A stretch of 63,588 nt of DNA, the filler included, from Chiloscyllium plagiosum (lineage: Eukaryota): NCBI RefSeq assembly GCF_004010195.1. It is 5 parts of one record of this genome, joined end to end, with 100 filler letters (N's around TTAATTAATTAA, not from the genome) between each part and the next. Parts side by side here need not be neighbours in the genome. Positions count along the whole stretch, not along the records: positions 58,142 to 63,588 come from NC_057710.1; 4 more parts are not named here. The stretch is one strand, 5' to 3'. Under the pieces are notes generated by a model, which was given only the letters and a program-made list of their open reading frames with translations, was not told the DNA's origin and searched no databases. Position 1 is the stretch's first letter; every line of letters starts with the position of its first letter. Below are positions 63,480 to 63,588 of the stretch, piece by piece. The position numbers and the translations under genes are program-made.

Positions 63480-63588
63480 GGAGAAAGTAAGGACTGCAGA
63501 TCCTGGAGATCAGAGCTTAAAAATGTGTTGCTGGAAAAGCGCAGCAGGTCAGGCAGCATCAAAGGAACAGGAGAATCGACGTTTCGGG
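63480..63588 (-). mobile_element. PLE terminal repeat (family 1), cut by the window edge
   Basis: Reverse complement of cccgaaacgtcgattctcctgttcc...gatgctgcctgacctgctgcgcttttccagc. Confidence 0.85.

Overview
Repeat-dense eukaryotic DNA, most likely from an elasmobranch (shark or ray) draft assembly, since it carries many HE1-like tRNA-derived SINEs and HER1/CR1-like LINEs with shared 3' tails. I found no complete protein-coding gene; nearly all ORFs in the track are LINE fragments, antisense frames or N-gap artefacts. Contents: (1) CR1-clade LINE fragments of several families, two apparently 5'-inverted; (2) about 10 SINE copies plus Deu-domain-like SINE relics; (3) Penelope-like element (PLE) pieces with GIY-YIG coding remnants and minimal hammerhead-ribozyme motifs of three sequence families, some forming small palindromic insertions with target-site duplications (TSDs); (4) relics of a Tigger-like MITE, a Harbinger Myb/SANT ORF, a Gypsy integrase and LTR-like DNA; (5) one candidate terminal host exon (31259->31012). 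The most interesting signal is a decayed minus-strand reading frame of about 2.3 kb (~36690->34380), rich in Cys and N-glycosylation sequons. By eye its motif order follows foamy (spuma)-virus Env, with no gag, pol or LTR recognisable nearby. All family assignments come from motif recognition and recall, not database searches, and element boundaries are approximate.
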